64,000 nt of DNA from Octopus vulgaris (GCA_951406725.2 OX597834.1:19716001-19780000), one strand, 5' to 3'; shown: positions 1-13,339, counted from the stretch's first letter. Translations and numbers: made by a program. Notes: generated by a model from the letters alone, not told the origin.

Positions 1-116
1 ACATAAATTTTGACTAAAGTTTGGGGAAAGATTTTTAATTCAGAACTTATGAAAACAAGACATTTGCACTACAGAGCCAGAGCCGGTTTCAGCCGGGTTG
101 ATAACAAAAGGGTTAA
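1..116 (-). mobile_element. TTAA-flanked MITE (piggyBac-like), family H, terminal part
   Basis: Ends ...gataacaaaaggg|ttaa; reverse complement matches the copy starting ttaa|ccctttcgttacc at 20539. Confidence 0.6.
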
Positions 117-563
117 GGAGCATAAGGCTGGGTCCCTGGTTTTTCTGGTATATATATATTTCTCCCTGGATGGGACACAAACTGAGTTGTCTGGAACAGT
201 ATGAAATGAAATATTTTGCTCAAGAACACAACACATCACCCCTGGCAGGAATTGAAATCACAATCTTACAATCACACTGTCTAATAAGCCATGTACCTCC
301 ACCATAGGAGATTTGGTAGATGCTAACCAAAAGAAACCCGTCTTAAGTATGTGTGTATGTCTGTTTAGATTTGTGCATTTCCAAAAATTGCTGAGCTACA
401 AGCAATGATGCAGTGACGTTGTTGATAGTAACCCTGTCAATAAATGATCTACTTGGGTTCAATCCCAAAGCACAGTACCTTGGACAGATGTCTTTTGTAA
501 TAGGCCCAGGCCAGCTAAAGATTCATGAGTGTATTTGATAGAAATTGAAAGTAGCTATTCTTA

Positions 564-858
564 TATGTATGTATGTGTGTATGTACATATGTATGTATGT
601 ACATATGTATGTATGTATGTACATATGTATGTATGTATGCATGTGCATATGTATGTATGTATGCATGTGCATATGTATGTATGCATGTGCTTATGTATGT
701 ATGTCTGCATGCATGTGCATATGTATGTATGTATGCATGTGCTTATGTATGTATGTCTGCATGCATGTGTATATGTATGTATATATGTACATGTGTGTGT
801 ATGCATGTATGCATGCATGTATGTATGTATGTATGTATGTACCTATGCATGCATGTGC

Positions 859-889
<31 letters not shown>

Positions 890-940
890 CATATGTGTGT
901 ATGTATGTAGCTATGTATGTATGCATGTGCATATGTATGT
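564..940. repeat. Degenerate (TGTA/TGCA)n microsatellite
   Basis: Run of tgta/tgca/tatg tetramers; source of the MYVC-type ORFs. Confidence 0.95.
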
Positions 941-1340
941 TCATTTATTCATTTGTTCTTCTCTTTCTTCTCTTAATTTGGAGTAAACTTTGGCCACCCA
1001 CCTACTTGGTAGCATGGTTATGAAGGAAAGTGTCATGTTTTGTTCTCCCTCCTTTAATCCTTCAAATCTCAAGAAGGTCTTGCAGGATTTTATAGTCCCA
1101 GATATCGAGGTCGTTTGTAGTATATGAATTAAGGATCTGCATTCTCTCTCCAACAAACCAAGTTCAGCCACACTTTACTCTAATCGGGTTGGTGTGTATC
1201 CTGTTGCTTTAATAATAATAGGTATGAGGCTGTAAAAGATGAAAAATAGACTTTAAACAAGGACAATGGGGAGGTGGATGTGAATGACGAGTGCTCAATA
1301 CATTTAGTAGAGTTTTAATTCATTTAATATGAAATGAAAA

Positions 1341-1755
1341 GGCAGTGAGCTGGCAGAAATGTTAGCATGCCGGATGAAATGCGTAACCGTATTTTGTCTG
1401 CCATTACGTTCTGAGTTCAAATTCCGCCAAGGTCGACTTAGCCTTTCATCCTTTCGTGGTCGATTAAATAAGTGCCAGTTATGCACTGGGTTCGATGTAA
1501 TCGACTTATTCCCTTTGTCTGTCCTTGTTTGTCCCCTCTGTGTTTAGCCCCTTGTGGGTAGTAAAGAAATATATATTTCGTCTGCCGCTACGTTCTGAGC
1601 TCAAATTCCGCCGAGGTCGACTTAGCCTTTCATCCTTTCGGGGTCAATTAAATAAGTACCAGTTACGCACTGGGTTCGATGTAATCGACTTATTCCCTTT
1701 GTCTGTCCTCGTTTGTCCCCTCTATGTTTAGCCCCTTGTGGGCAATAAAAAAAAG
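1341..1755 (+). mobile_element. SINE family B (Nin-like domain), dimeric copy with TSD
   Basis: Head ggcagtgagctggcagaa...gagttcaaattcc, body gtcgacttagcctttcatcctttcg...taagtaccag; second unit from about 1575; 16-bp direct repeat taatatgaaatgaaaa at 1325-1340 and 1756-1771. Confidence 0.85.
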
Positions 1756-1904
1756 TAATATGAAATGAAAACTACACTGATTGTTGGCAACAGGAAGGGC
1801 ATCCAGCCTATGAAAATCTGTTCTTAACAAATTCACCTGACCGATGCAAAGACAGAAAAACTGTTTGTTAAGATGATGATGATGATGATGATGTATGTAT
1901 GTAT

Positions 1905-2275
1905 GCCCAGTGGTTAGGGCAGCGGACTCGCGGTCGTAGGATCGCGGTTTCGATTTCCAGACTGGGCGTTGTGAGTGTTTATTGAGCAAAAACACCTAAA
2001 GCTCCACAAGGCTCCAGCAGGGGATGGTGGTGATCTCTGCTGTACTCTTTCACCACAACTTACTCTCACTCTTACTTCCTGTTTCTGTTGTACCTGTATT
2101 TCAAAGGGCCGGCCTTGTCACTCTCTGTTGTCACGCTGAATATCCCTGAGAACTACGTTAAGGGTACACGTGTCTGTGGAGTGCTCAGCCACTTACAATT
2201 TAATTTCACGAGCAGGCTGTTCCGTTGATCGGATCAACCGGAACCCTCGTCGTCGTAACCGACGGAGTGCTTCCA
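1905..2275 (+). mobile_element. tRNA-derived SINE, CpG-rich (probably young)
   Basis: A-box-like cccagtggttagggc and B-box-like ggtttcgatttcc in a tRNA-like head, then about 300 bp of body with many intact CpGs. Confidence 0.75.
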
Positions 2276-2759
2276 TGTATATTTGTGCTTTTTCAACATA
2301 AAAGTTAGCAACACTTGTTCTTTTATAATAATTTAGCTCCAGCTGAGTCATACTTCAAAACAAGACAGTCGGACAACTTCACTGAATCAGGTTACAATGA
2401 AACAAATCCAATTAGTATAAATCAAAGTCGTTACAAGCAGGTGCTCTTAATTAACCTTGAAATCATAATTAAAGTCAGTAATTCATTAAATTTTGAGTAT
2501 TAATTAAATTTTCCAATAACATTCCCCACAAATGTTTAACGTATTAAATTATCCTTTCTGTCTTTTTTCTTTCCTTTTGTTTTTCTTTTTTTTTGAATAT
2601 TTTGTTTGTTTTTTTAAAATATTTTTTGTTGCTGATCTTTTATTGGTTGTAACTAACTTTCGTGTGAAGTTATATATTGTGTCTCAGGCTTTTTCCTCTT
2701 TGAATTGTGATTGTAGACATACATACATAAGCAAACACACATACACACACATATAAGCA

Positions 2760-2801
<42 letters not shown>

Positions 2802-2872
2802 CATACAGACGTATGTGTGTATGTGTGTGTGTGTGCAGTGTCACTTTGATGGCATGCACTGCTCTCTCACAC

Positions 2873-2922
<50 letters not shown>

Positions 2923-2929
2923 TAGTAAC

Positions 2930-3310
2930 AATCCTTTCTACTATAGACATAGGGCCTGAAATATAAGGGGAAGCATGGCAGTTGATTATATCAGCCCCAG
3001 TATTAAACTGGTACTCCCTTTATCAACCCTAAAAGAATGAAAGACTAAATCGATCTTGGCAAATTTTGATCTCGGATCATAAGGATGGGTGTTGTGGCAC
3101 TAAGCATTTTGCCAGGATTGCTAACAATTCCACTAAAGGCACCAGGCCTGAAATTTTGGTGGAGGGGAGGGGTGGGGGGCTAGTCAATAACTTCGACCCT
3201 TGTACTCAACTGTTATTTTATTAACCCTGTAAAGATGAAAGTTACAGTCAACTTTAACAATTTTGAACTCATAACATAAAGACGGACAAAATGCTGCTAA
3301 GCATTTTTTT
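2930..3310 (-). mobile_element. Two diverged SINE B copies in tandem
   Basis: Reverse complement of the B body and the ...aaatttcaggcc...tagaaaggatt tail, twice. Confidence 0.7.
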
Positions 3311-4438
3311 AAAAAACCTGGTACTTACTCTATCAGTCTCTTTTGCTGAACCGCTAAGTTACAGGATGTGTAAATAATTCAGCACTAGTTGTCAAACAGG
3401 GGCAGGAGATGCTGCTAAGCATTTTGTCCAATGTGATGATGATGATGAAAATGATGAAAATGATGAAAATGATGATGATGATGATGATAATGATAATAAC
3501 GATAATAATAATTTCTTTGCATCTGAGAGGTGTCAGCTGTCTCCATTGACAAAAACCGAAAGTACATTAAACGAAAACGTTTATAGTGGTTCTGACATTA
3601 CAACCATTCTACAGTTTTTCCTGTTCACCTTTGGGCATTGGAGGATGTATTGTTAAAAATGGTGTGGAACCATAAAAGACAGAACAAAAGAAAGACAGTG
3701 AAAAAGAATAAAAAGAAACTGAAGAAGAAGAAGAAGAAAGCTACAATAGTGAAACAAACAAAAAAAAAAACAGCACAACAAAACAAAACATTTTTGTCGA
3801 AGAATGAAAGAAGCAGCTGAGATATTTCGCTTGGTTTCTTCATAGAAGTTAATCTTGTCAGCTTTGCCCGAACCTGAATGAGTTAGTTGTACTGCAAATT
3901 GTGGTTGGCGCTACAGCCGTAAATCATTTTACATCAGGTCAGTCTTAGCTTGGAGAAAATACAATAAAAAAAAATATAATATATAATAAATATATAAAAA
4001 CAGTTTGATAAAAAAAATCTACTGAAACATCTTCAACTATTTCAGGTCAGTACCAACAAAAGTAGCAGTAGTAGTAGCAGCAGCAGCAGCAACACCATTC
4101 CTTTGAGGACCATTAAACAAATCCATCAAACCTATACTGGTTACTTTCACTATGGCTTGTCTTGGTTTTTTTAATTATATTTTTATTTTTATTTTAGTAT
4201 TTTTGTGTGGTGAAAATTTTCTTTTTTCTCTTATGCAATTCTCCTGTCACAAAAATCAAAAGTAAAAAAGAAAATTGTGTGTGTATATGTTGTACATATG
4301 GGGGAACAGTATTCAATATCTGCAGGATGGATATATGTATGTGTATGTATGTGTGTGTGTGTTTGTGTATATATTATGACAGCAAAAAATTGCACAAACA
4401 GGCAAGAGAAACTATCAAGTATTGAATTATGGATGATA

Positions 4439-4953
4439 GGTGCGGCTGTGTGGTAGGAAGCTTGCTTCCCAACCACAAGGTTCCCAGTTAGTAAAAGACA
4501 CTTGCCCAAGATTCAGTCCCAAGCGGGACTGAAATTTGGGCAAGTGCCTTTTACTATAGCCTTGGGCCAACCAAAGCCTTGTGAGTGGATTTGGTAGAAG
4601 AAAACTGGAAGAAGCCTGTCGTATATTGTTGAGACCCCCTTTGGTCATGACTGACCATGGGATTGCACCTAGAAAGTTACCATCCCAGGCACAAGTCCGG
4701 GCAATGTTGTTTATGGAAGACCAACAGTCGCCCATGCATACCGGCCTCTGATGTTATCCAAGGGAAAGGCAACAGCACATACAGCTTGGCACCTGTTACG
4801 TTGCAACTCATTTCAACAGCTGAGTGAACTGGAGCAGTGCTAAATAAAGTGTCTTGCTCAAGAACACATCACGCAGCCTGGTCTGGGATTCGAACTCACA
4901 ACCTCACTATCATAAGCTCAATGCTCTAACCACTGAGCCATGCACCTTCATGT

Positions 4954-4999
<46 letters not shown>

Positions 5000-5340
5000 C
5001 ACACACACACAACTCTGTGTGTGTTTGTGTGTTTGTCTCCTGACCCTGTTTGACAACTAGTGCTGAATTATTTACACCCCTGTAACTTAGCGGTTCAGCA
5101 AAAGAGAGTGATAGAGTAAGTACCAGATTTTAAAAAAATATGTACTGGCGTTGGTATGTTTATGTCCCTGTAACTTAGCAGTTCAGCAGAAAAAAAAACC
5201 AATAAAATAAGTACCAGATTTATTAAAAGAAACATGACAAAACAAAGTAATGAGGTCAATTCACTCAAAAACATTTCTTTGAGGCTGTGCTCCAGCATGG
5301 CCACAGTCTGATGACTGAAACAAGTAAAAGATAAAAGATA
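4439..5340 (+). mobile_element. SINE family A (tRNA head, CORE-like ttgggcaag motif), rearranged and interrupted
   Basis: Head 4439-4625 matches other A copies; tail (ccagcatggccacagtc...gactgaaacaagtaaaaga) resumes 5015-5340. Confidence 0.7.
4630..4951 (-). mobile_element. tRNA-derived SINE nested in SINE A
   Basis: Minus strand: tggctcagtggttagagc (A box), gagttcgaatccc (B box), then ttgagcaagacac and ccagttcactcagctg. Confidence 0.75.
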
Positions 5341-6038
5341 GGAAATCTAGTGTGTTGTAATCTGTTGCAAATGATGATGATGATGAAGACAAGGACAATG
5401 ATGATGATGATAATGATGACGATGACAGTGATGATAACAATGATGATGATGATGATAACACCCACTCACACATTAATGCAAACATTTAAAATTATCACTT
5501 CATTTTGCAGTATTCTTCAACACCCTCCCACACAATTCTGTCGTCTACTTGGAAGAAATGTAATTTACTTCTATTAAATAGACAAAGTTGCCATTCTCTG
5601 GTGCTTGCTTCTATTTCATTGTAAAAGATTTTCAAGAATTCAACTTGACATTTGTTGTTTCAATTTTTTGGCCAGAACTTCTGCTCAAAATCTAATCAAC
5701 AGATATTTTTTTTTATCCATTTTTGCAAATTTTTCTTTTGTTTTTCTCTCTTTTTTTGGCAAAAAAAAATTAAAATAAAACAAACCAAAACAAAAATTAA
5801 GTAATGAATCATTTAAATACAATTGTTTGTTTACTTTGTTAAGTTCTTAAAACATTGTAATTCCTGGCTAGTGATTAAAAGAAAAAGCTAGCGAAGAAAA
5901 TAACGAATTAAATAGATTAAAATAATAATAATAATATTAATAATAATTTCAAATTTTGACACAAGGCCAGCAATTATGGGGAGGGAGTAAGTCGAATGTA
6001 TCAACCCCAGTACTCAACTGGTACTTATATTATCAACC

Positions 6039-6273
6039 TAAAGGCGGCGAGCTGGCAGAATTGTTAGCACGCCGGGCGAAATGCGTAGCCGTATTTCATC
6101 TGCCGCTACATTCTGAGTTCAAATTCCGTCGAGGTCGACTTTGCCTTTCATCCTTTCGGGGTCGAAAACTTAAGTACCAGTTACACACTGGGGTCGATAT
6201 AATCGACTTAATCTGTCTGTCTGTCCTTGTTTGTCCACTCTATGTTTAGCCCCTTGTGGGTAATAAAGAAACA
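6039..6273 (+). mobile_element. SINE B full-length copy with 13-bp TSD, inserted in an older minus-strand B copy (about 5945-6405)
   Basis: tatattatcaacc at 6026-6038 and 6274-6286; the flanks join into one antisense B copy. Confidence 0.9.
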
Positions 6274-6569
6274 TATATTATCAACCCTGAAACGATGAAA
6301 GGCAGAAGTTAACCACAGTGGAATTTGAACTCAGAACGTGAAGATGATAAAAATGCCGCTAAGCATTTCACCTGGCATGCTAGCAATTCGGTTGTCTCAC
6401 TGCCCTATTAATAATAATAATAGTAATCCCTTCTATTACAGGCACAGAATGTAGTGACAGGTGAATTACTGCTAAGCATTTCATCCAATGTGGTAACAAT
6501 CCTGGCAGCCTGCTGCGTTCATTGATAATAATAATCATAATAATAATAATAATCATAATAATGATAATA

Positions 6570-6753
6570 CCAGTACTTACAAACACATATAACATACAGA
6601 AAATTGCACTACTAGGCACTGCACACATCCTACGCAGAACACTTTCCATACAATAACCATCAGAGCATCACAACAAATCACAGCACATACCCAAGGCACG
6701 CAGAGCTGCACTCGAGAGTGAAGTGAAAGCACGCTATAAAAATAAAACTACTG
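6570..6753 (+). mobile_element. R4/Dong-clade LINE 3' end (ORF terminus plus 3' UTR)
   Basis: 6570-6656 translates PVLTNTYNIQKIALLGTAHILRRTLSIQ*, matching the QKxxLLGTAxILR terminus of RLE-type LINEs; (TAA)n on both sides. Confidence 0.8.
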
Positions 6754-6892
6754 AATAATAATAATAATAATGATAATAATAATAATAATAATGACAATAA
6801 TAATAATAATAATGATAATAATAATAATAATAATAATGATAATAATAATAATGACAATAATAATAATAATAATGATAATAATAATAATAATG

Positions 6893-6926
<34 letters not shown>

Positions 6927-6940
6927 TAATAATAATAATG

Positions 6941-6980
<40 letters not shown>

Positions 6981-6992
6981 TAATAATAATAA
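6754..6992. repeat. (TAA/TGA)n microsatellite
   Basis: Direct observation. Confidence 0.97.
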
Positions 6993-7199
6993 TTTATTTT
7001 TTTATTAGCATCAAGGTTTCACAGAAAATAACATTAAATGAAATGCAACAACAAAAAAGACAAAAACAGGATGATACAAAGGGTAAAGAATGCAAAGAAC
7101 AATTAAAATTAAATAAATTAAAACTCCCAATAGGGAGTTTTAAGGATCTCATGGAAAAAACCCAGAAAAGCCACAGGTGCCTGATCAACAATAATAGTA

Positions 7200-7620
7200 A
7201 TCTTTTCTACTAAAGGCACAAGGCTCAAAATTTGATGAGAAGGAACTAGTCAATTATATTGACCCCCCCACTGCTCAACTGGTACTTATTTTATGGACCC
7301 TGCAAAAGATGAAAGGCAAATATTTGAATTCGAAATGTAAAAACAGGTGAAATACCACTCAGCGTTTAATCTAGCATGCTAACGATTCTGCCAGGTCATT
7401 ACCTTAATAATAATAATAATGATAATGATTATGGTTTCAAATTTTGCCACAAAGGCAGCAATTTTGGGGGAGGGGTTGAGTTGATTACATCGACCCCAGT
7501 ATTCTATTGGTACTTATTTTATCGACCCCTCAGAATTTGAACTCAGAGCATAGTGATGGTTGAAAATACCACTAGCATTTCATCCAGCGTGCTAATGACT
7601 CTGCCATCTTGCTGCCTTTC
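7200..7620 (-). mobile_element. Two SINE B copies in tandem
   Basis: Antisense B head, body and tail twice, separated by (TAA)n. Confidence 0.7.
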
Positions 7621-7636
7621 TTAATAATAATAATAA

Positions 7637-7984
7637 TATCAAGAATAGACAACACAGAAAGTGATAAGTGTAGAATTTGTGGACAAAATGGTGAAACCAT
7701 GTGGCATATTACCAATCAATGTACACCACTCGCACAGAAAGAATATGAGACGTCATGACAAAATAGCAAGGATTGTGCATTGAACACTTTGCAACAAGTA
7801 TGGACGTGACAGAGCAAAAAAGTGGTTCGAATATAAACCCGAAGGCACCATTGAAAATGATAATGCAAAGATTTTATGATTCAGTGTGACCATGAAATAG
7901 AGAATAGGAAAACAGACATAGTGTTAATTGAGAAAGAAAGCAAATGATGCTGGATCATAGATATAGCATGCTCCAGCTGACAAC
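7637..7984 (+). pseudogene. R4/Dong-clade LINE fragment: CCHC zinc knuckle and restriction-like endonuclease, disrupted
   Basis: Across frameshifts: DKCRICGQNGETMWHITNQCTPLAQKEY/RHDKIARIVH*TLC...WFEYKPEGTIENDNAKIL/IQCDHEIENRKTDIVLIEK...CWIIDIAC (CCHC, RHD and PD..D-like motifs). Confidence 0.85.
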
Positions 7985-8924
7985 ATCATCATCATTATTA
8001 TTAACTGATTTTTTTCTGGTTAAGGGAATATTATGCTAACCAAGTTTCTACTTGAAGTGCTAATGAGTTGTCACCCAGATTGTACTTATTCCCTTGAATT
8101 ATACATGCATAAACACATACATACATATATACATACTTACGTGTGTGTGTGTGTGAAGATGAATACTATATATATATATAGATGTTGAATCTCATGCATG
8201 ATAAATTTACTATGATCCCTTGTAAAATATAACAAAGTGAACCTTCAAACTTCAAATTTTCTATAATCATATTTGTCTTTCAAGTGTCAGACATATTCTG
8301 TGAGATAGGGGCTGATATATGTGTGGAGGGGTGGTGGTGTGTGCGTGCATGTGAAGTGTATGTGTGTGTGGTTGTTTCAAACTTAGAGAGAGAATTATGT
8401 ACAGATGGTCTTCTGTTGTTCCTGCCATTAAGTATGTCATTGTACATGTTGACTTCCAAACGTTTACTGGATCACCTAAATTGTGTGTGAGATATCCAAG
8501 TGCACTCACACGCACACACACATATACATTTATATAATGTATACACACTCAAAAGCAAGCATGCCAGTGCACCCTCTCACAACCACCCCCTCCATACACA
8601 TATATCCACACAAAGACATGAATATAACACATACATACATAGTCCTACACATGCATATTTGCACGCAATCATGCATGCACACATGCATGCAAACATATAT
8701 ACATGCATATAACACATATATGCTCTCTCTCTCTCCTATATACACACACACAAACTTGCGTATATAATAGATGACAGTGGGTATTGGTACAAATTCCTTT
8801 CAAAGTTGCTGCTAATATTGGGTTTGTGCTCATGAATATTTTTACTATTCATGTGTATGTTTTTCTAATAAACCATGTATTAAAATATCTTATTCACTTA
8901 TGACTTCTCATGTCCAAATATGCA

Positions 8925-8982
<58 letters not shown>

Positions 8983-8996
8983 TAAAATAATATATC

Positions 8997-9036
<40 letters not shown>

Positions 9037-9129
9037 TATATTCCCCGATTTAAAGCAACATTTATATACAAATAAATTGACCGAAAAATGATGAGTTAAC
9101 AAAGCCTTCTAGTTTGTTTATAAATATTA

Positions 9130-9191
<62 letters not shown>

Positions 9192-9209
9192 AGTATATAT
9201 ATATATATA

Positions 9210-10358
9210 CTAGCAGCATAGCCCGGCGTTGCCCGGGTATGTAAGAGCCCCTAGTAGGCAACGACTAATCCCAATCTAGTCCTTTCCCTATAGGGAATGA
9301 AGGCGCATGTGTAGGTTGCAATGTCTTCTCTTCACTCCCAAATAACTATCAAACAGCTATTGATAATTCAACCCAACCAATTCCTACCAGAAAGAAATTA
9401 CATTCGAGACTTTACCCCCAACACTTCTGCTAATAGCTGCTGCAGCCGCAAGTTATTCAAATACTTTTTTTGTTTAAACTTTCTTTATAACTACCACCCC
9501 AAACGCTTTACCTTAAATTTTTGACGTACCCTAAGGGTCCTCGGACGCTATTTGCAAACTCTTGGTTTATTATAAACCGCTTTTGTCGTGTGCACCAAAA
9601 AACCTTTTCCATTCGTTTGTTCAGTTTGGTCACTTTTGACTTTTTCGTTGTTGTCACTCACATTGCTGCCCGCATTTTTGCCGTTTTTGTACATTTTTGT
9701 ACATTTTGGGATACTTACCCCACGTGTTCCGAGAGTTAAAAAGGTCGAGTTGCGTCCCATAGACAGTCTGTGGTTTGAGTTTAATACACAAATCGGTTTG
9801 CTATGTGTGCCACATATGATGTAATTAACCAATTTTTTCCAGTAATAAAGTATCCTATTGCAATAAAAAGGGCCATATAGCTCCTTGGAGCAGACATGAT
9901 GCTCGCTGTGAATTTTAAAAAAATTCCTGCCAATTTGTGAAAGATATTGTCGAAAATATGTCATCTTGAATTTGGACGCGATTTCCCAAAATAGCATGAT
10001 TTTATCGATTTTTTCTGATGGTAAGGTATTGCATGGAAAACTAACGTCAGAATTAAGTTTCTTAGGGTAACATTAAGCTTTACCATGAGTTTGGTGAAAA
10101 TAGATTGCAAGTTGCGAAAACTACAACAGAAAATGTGTTGCATATAAAAAGCTTAGATTCTCGACCCCATATAGAATTTATCAATTTTTTTCAGAACTGG
10201 GGGAACTTTTCAAAATTTTCGCTGCGTTAGTTTTGAACTATGACATTGGGCTATGTGTGTGTCAAGTTTCATCAGAATCGGTTGAAAGCCGTGGTCAGGG
10301 TGAGGCTACAACCTGACAGACACACAGACAGACAAACTGCCGTTTATATAGAGAGAGA
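9210..10358 (-). mobile_element. Non-autonomous Helitron, 1149 bp
   Basis: Minus strand starts TC (10358), ends CTAG (9210), subterminal hairpin cccgggcaacgccggg about 11 nt from the end, inserted between A and T, no TSD. Confidence 0.85.
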
Positions 10359-10371
10359 TATATAAATATAT

Positions 10372-10700
10372 AGGAGAAGAATTCATGAAAAAACAAAAGA
10401 CGAAGACAGGTGGTGTAGACAACAAATAGATGTATTAGATTAACACTCAGGAAGTGAAAAAGTCTTTGATGTTTTGAGCCTATGCTCTTCCACAGAAAGA
10501 AACAAGGAGAGAAAATAAAGAATGCGATGGGGTTCGCAATCTATCATGGCGAATGCCGGACAGAGGGGTCACACAGGAGAGTTAGGAAGAAGGGGAGATA
10601 ATAAAGTAGTTGTGATCCCAAAAACGAAGGTGCACATATATGTGTATGAGATAGCATGTATGTGCCTGTGGAAGAGGGCTGGTGACCTTAACATTTGCGT
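10372..10700 (-). mobile_element. Repeat family D (Penelope-like terminal region), copy 1
   Basis: Homologous to 18200-18348 and 23775-23938; abuts (TA)n; carries a hammerhead-like motif at 10463-10500. Confidence 0.6.
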
Positions 10701-11156
10701 ATGTTTGACACAGTAACGATTCTGCTAGCTTAATAATAATAATGATGAGGATAATAATAATAATAACAATAATAATAATAATAATAATAGATTTACTCAA
10801 AATTATGTGTTAGTGTGTGTGTGTATATATATGTATATATATATATACGTATATATATGTCAAAAGCAAATTTTCAAATTTTATTGAGGATATTTGATAT
10901 TTCCCATCTGTTGCCTTCTCATGATTTGCTAATCTTAATATCCTTGAGGCTCCAATCTGGATAAGGAACCAAAGGTAATGGAAAAGGAATCTCCAAGAAT
11001 TAACAAACAACAAACAACAACAACAACAAAAACTGAAGAAAAAAAGGGAAAGAAAAAGGAAGAAGTTTCTTTAACATTTTCATCTTCCATTTTTATTGAA
11101 TAAAATGAAAGAGAAATCTCTTCTTGGTCCATAATTTGCTAGAGATGGAAGTGACA

Positions 11157-11580
11157 ATGGTAGTGGTGGTTAGAAAGGTGGTAGTGGTGGTGTTGGCTGT
11201 GGTGGTGGTGTTGGCTGTGGTGGTGGTGTTGGCTGTGGTGGTGGTGTTGGCTGTGGTGGTGGTGATGGTGGTATTGGCAGTGTAGGTGGTGACAACTGTG
11301 GTATTGTTGTTGTTCTTGTTGGTGGTGGTGGTGGTGTTGGTGATTAGGGTGGTGAGAGTGGTGGTGGTTGTGTTGGTGGTAGTGGTGGTGCAGTTGGCAG
11401 TATAGGTGGTGGCAGCTGTGTTGTTCTTGTTGTTGGTGGTGGTGTCACTGTCAGAAATGTTAAAATGGTACGGGTGGCAACAACAATAGTACATGGTTGT
11501 GGTAGTGTTGATGCCAGTGGCTATGACGACCATGGTGGTGGTGGTGGTAGTAGTGCTGCTACTGCTGCTGTTGATAGTGG
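11157..11580. repeat. (GGT/GTT)n low-complexity tract
   Basis: Direct observation; includes an 18-bp subunit ggtggtggtgttggctgt. Confidence 0.9.
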
Positions 11581-11824
11581 TTGGGTGATGAGAATAAATA
11601 ATGATGGTTCTCGTCTTTTGTGTTCTCTTCAATGGGGTTATTGTTCTGTGTGATTGGAATTTTGTACAGGATCAAATTTTCTGCTTTTCCTTCGCAATAG
11701 ATTTTATTGGAAAATTGATTTAAATTGAAATGAAATAACTTCATACAAAGCAGGTTTTAACCCCCACGTCTCATTTTCTTTCTCTCCTCATCTCTCTTCT
11801 CCTTTCTTTTTACACTCTGACTCT

Positions 11825-11865
<41 letters not shown>

Positions 11866-12699
11866 TTTTTCTCCCCTTCATCTCCTTCACTTTAACAATT
11901 AACTCCAATATGAGCATTACTTCTCAGCCATCTTTTTCTTCTACTTCTTTCTCTTCTTCCTCCTCCTCCTTATCATCATCATCGTCATTGTCATCATCCT
12001 CATTATCGTAATTGTGGTTGCTAGCATCATCGACATAAATATAGTCACACCACCACCAACATCACCACCACCACCACCATCAATGCCATCATCCCAACAC
12101 CACCACCATTGCCACCACAACCACCACCATTGCTACCACCACCCTCACCACCACCACTACCACCACTACCATCACTGCCATCAACATCACTGCCTCACAA
12201 ACACCACCAACTTACCATCATCATCAACCAAAACCACCACCACTACTGCCGCAGCCACCACTGCAACCACTGCCACCACAACTATTTCTTGAGACTAAGT
12301 CTTTCATGCATGAATATTTAAATTTATTTTGTTTTTGTTTTGTATGTCAAACTTCTTCAAATTACGTTGAAAAAGTTATCAAAACAATAAAAAACTATTA
12401 TAGTGAGTTTTGTTATTTGAGATTTTTCTCTTTCTGTGAAGAGCATAAATATATGTTTGGGTTGATCTGATATATTTTTCACTGGAGAGACAATCAGAAG
12501 ACGTGGGTGAAGAGGTGAATCTAAATCGTGTGTCACCTACAAAAGCATTGTGTCCTTTGCATGGCCTGGGCCAAGACCAGCTGACCATGAAATAACTCTG
12601 CCCACCTCGGTTCACATTACGTTTATTACTTGGAGAGGTATTGACTCTATCAAGCTGACCTACCAATACCATTATCACTACCATCGTTGTTGTTGTCAT

Positions 12700-13030
12700 C
12701 TTTAACATCATCATCATCATCATTGACATCAGCACCATTGACATTATCATCATTGACATCATCACCTTTGACAACATAGTGTTGATATCATCATCATTGA
12801 CATCATCATCGTTGACATCATCATCATCACTGACACCATCATCATTGACACTACCATTGTTGACAACATTATCGTTGACATCATCATCGTTGATATCATC
12901 ACTGTTGACATCGTCACCATTGACACCATCATCATTGACATCGTTATTGTTGACATCATCATCATTGACCACGCCATCATTGACTTCACCATCGTTGACA
13001 TCATCATCATTGACATCATCATTATTCATG
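12700..13030. repeat. 15-bp minisatellite (ttgacatcatcatca)n
   Basis: About 20 degenerate units; explains the NDDDV repeat ORF. Confidence 0.9.
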
Positions 13031-13339
13031 AAGGCATAAGCACCCAGGGCATTATAAGTTGAGAGCACTTGCCTTAGGTGCAGTGCACTCATCACCATTA
13101 TTGGTCTTGAACAGCGTATGAAGACTATAGGCTTCTTTTAGAACAAACCATTAAAATAAACAAAAACCCTTTCTATCAAAAGCACAAGGGTCAAAATTTC
13201 AAGGAAGGAAGCTAGTCAGTAACATCAACCCCAGTGCTCAACTGGTGTGTATTTCCTTAAATCCCAAAAGTCAAAAGGTAAAGCTGACCATGGAAGAATT
13301 TGAACTCAGACCATGTGAAACTGATGAAATATCTCTAAG

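Noticed and set aside
1905-1965. Standalone tRNA gene
   Set aside because: No complete acceptor stem; continues into a SINE body.
5308-5325. ctgatgactgaaac hammerhead-like string
   Set aside because: Mutated SINE A tail hairpin (normally cagtcaaatgactgaaac); no helix I or II.
12379-12660. Non-repetitive C-terminal half of the 239-aa minus-strand ORF
   Set aside because: No known domain and no good acceptor; ORF length comes from the adjacent minisatellite.
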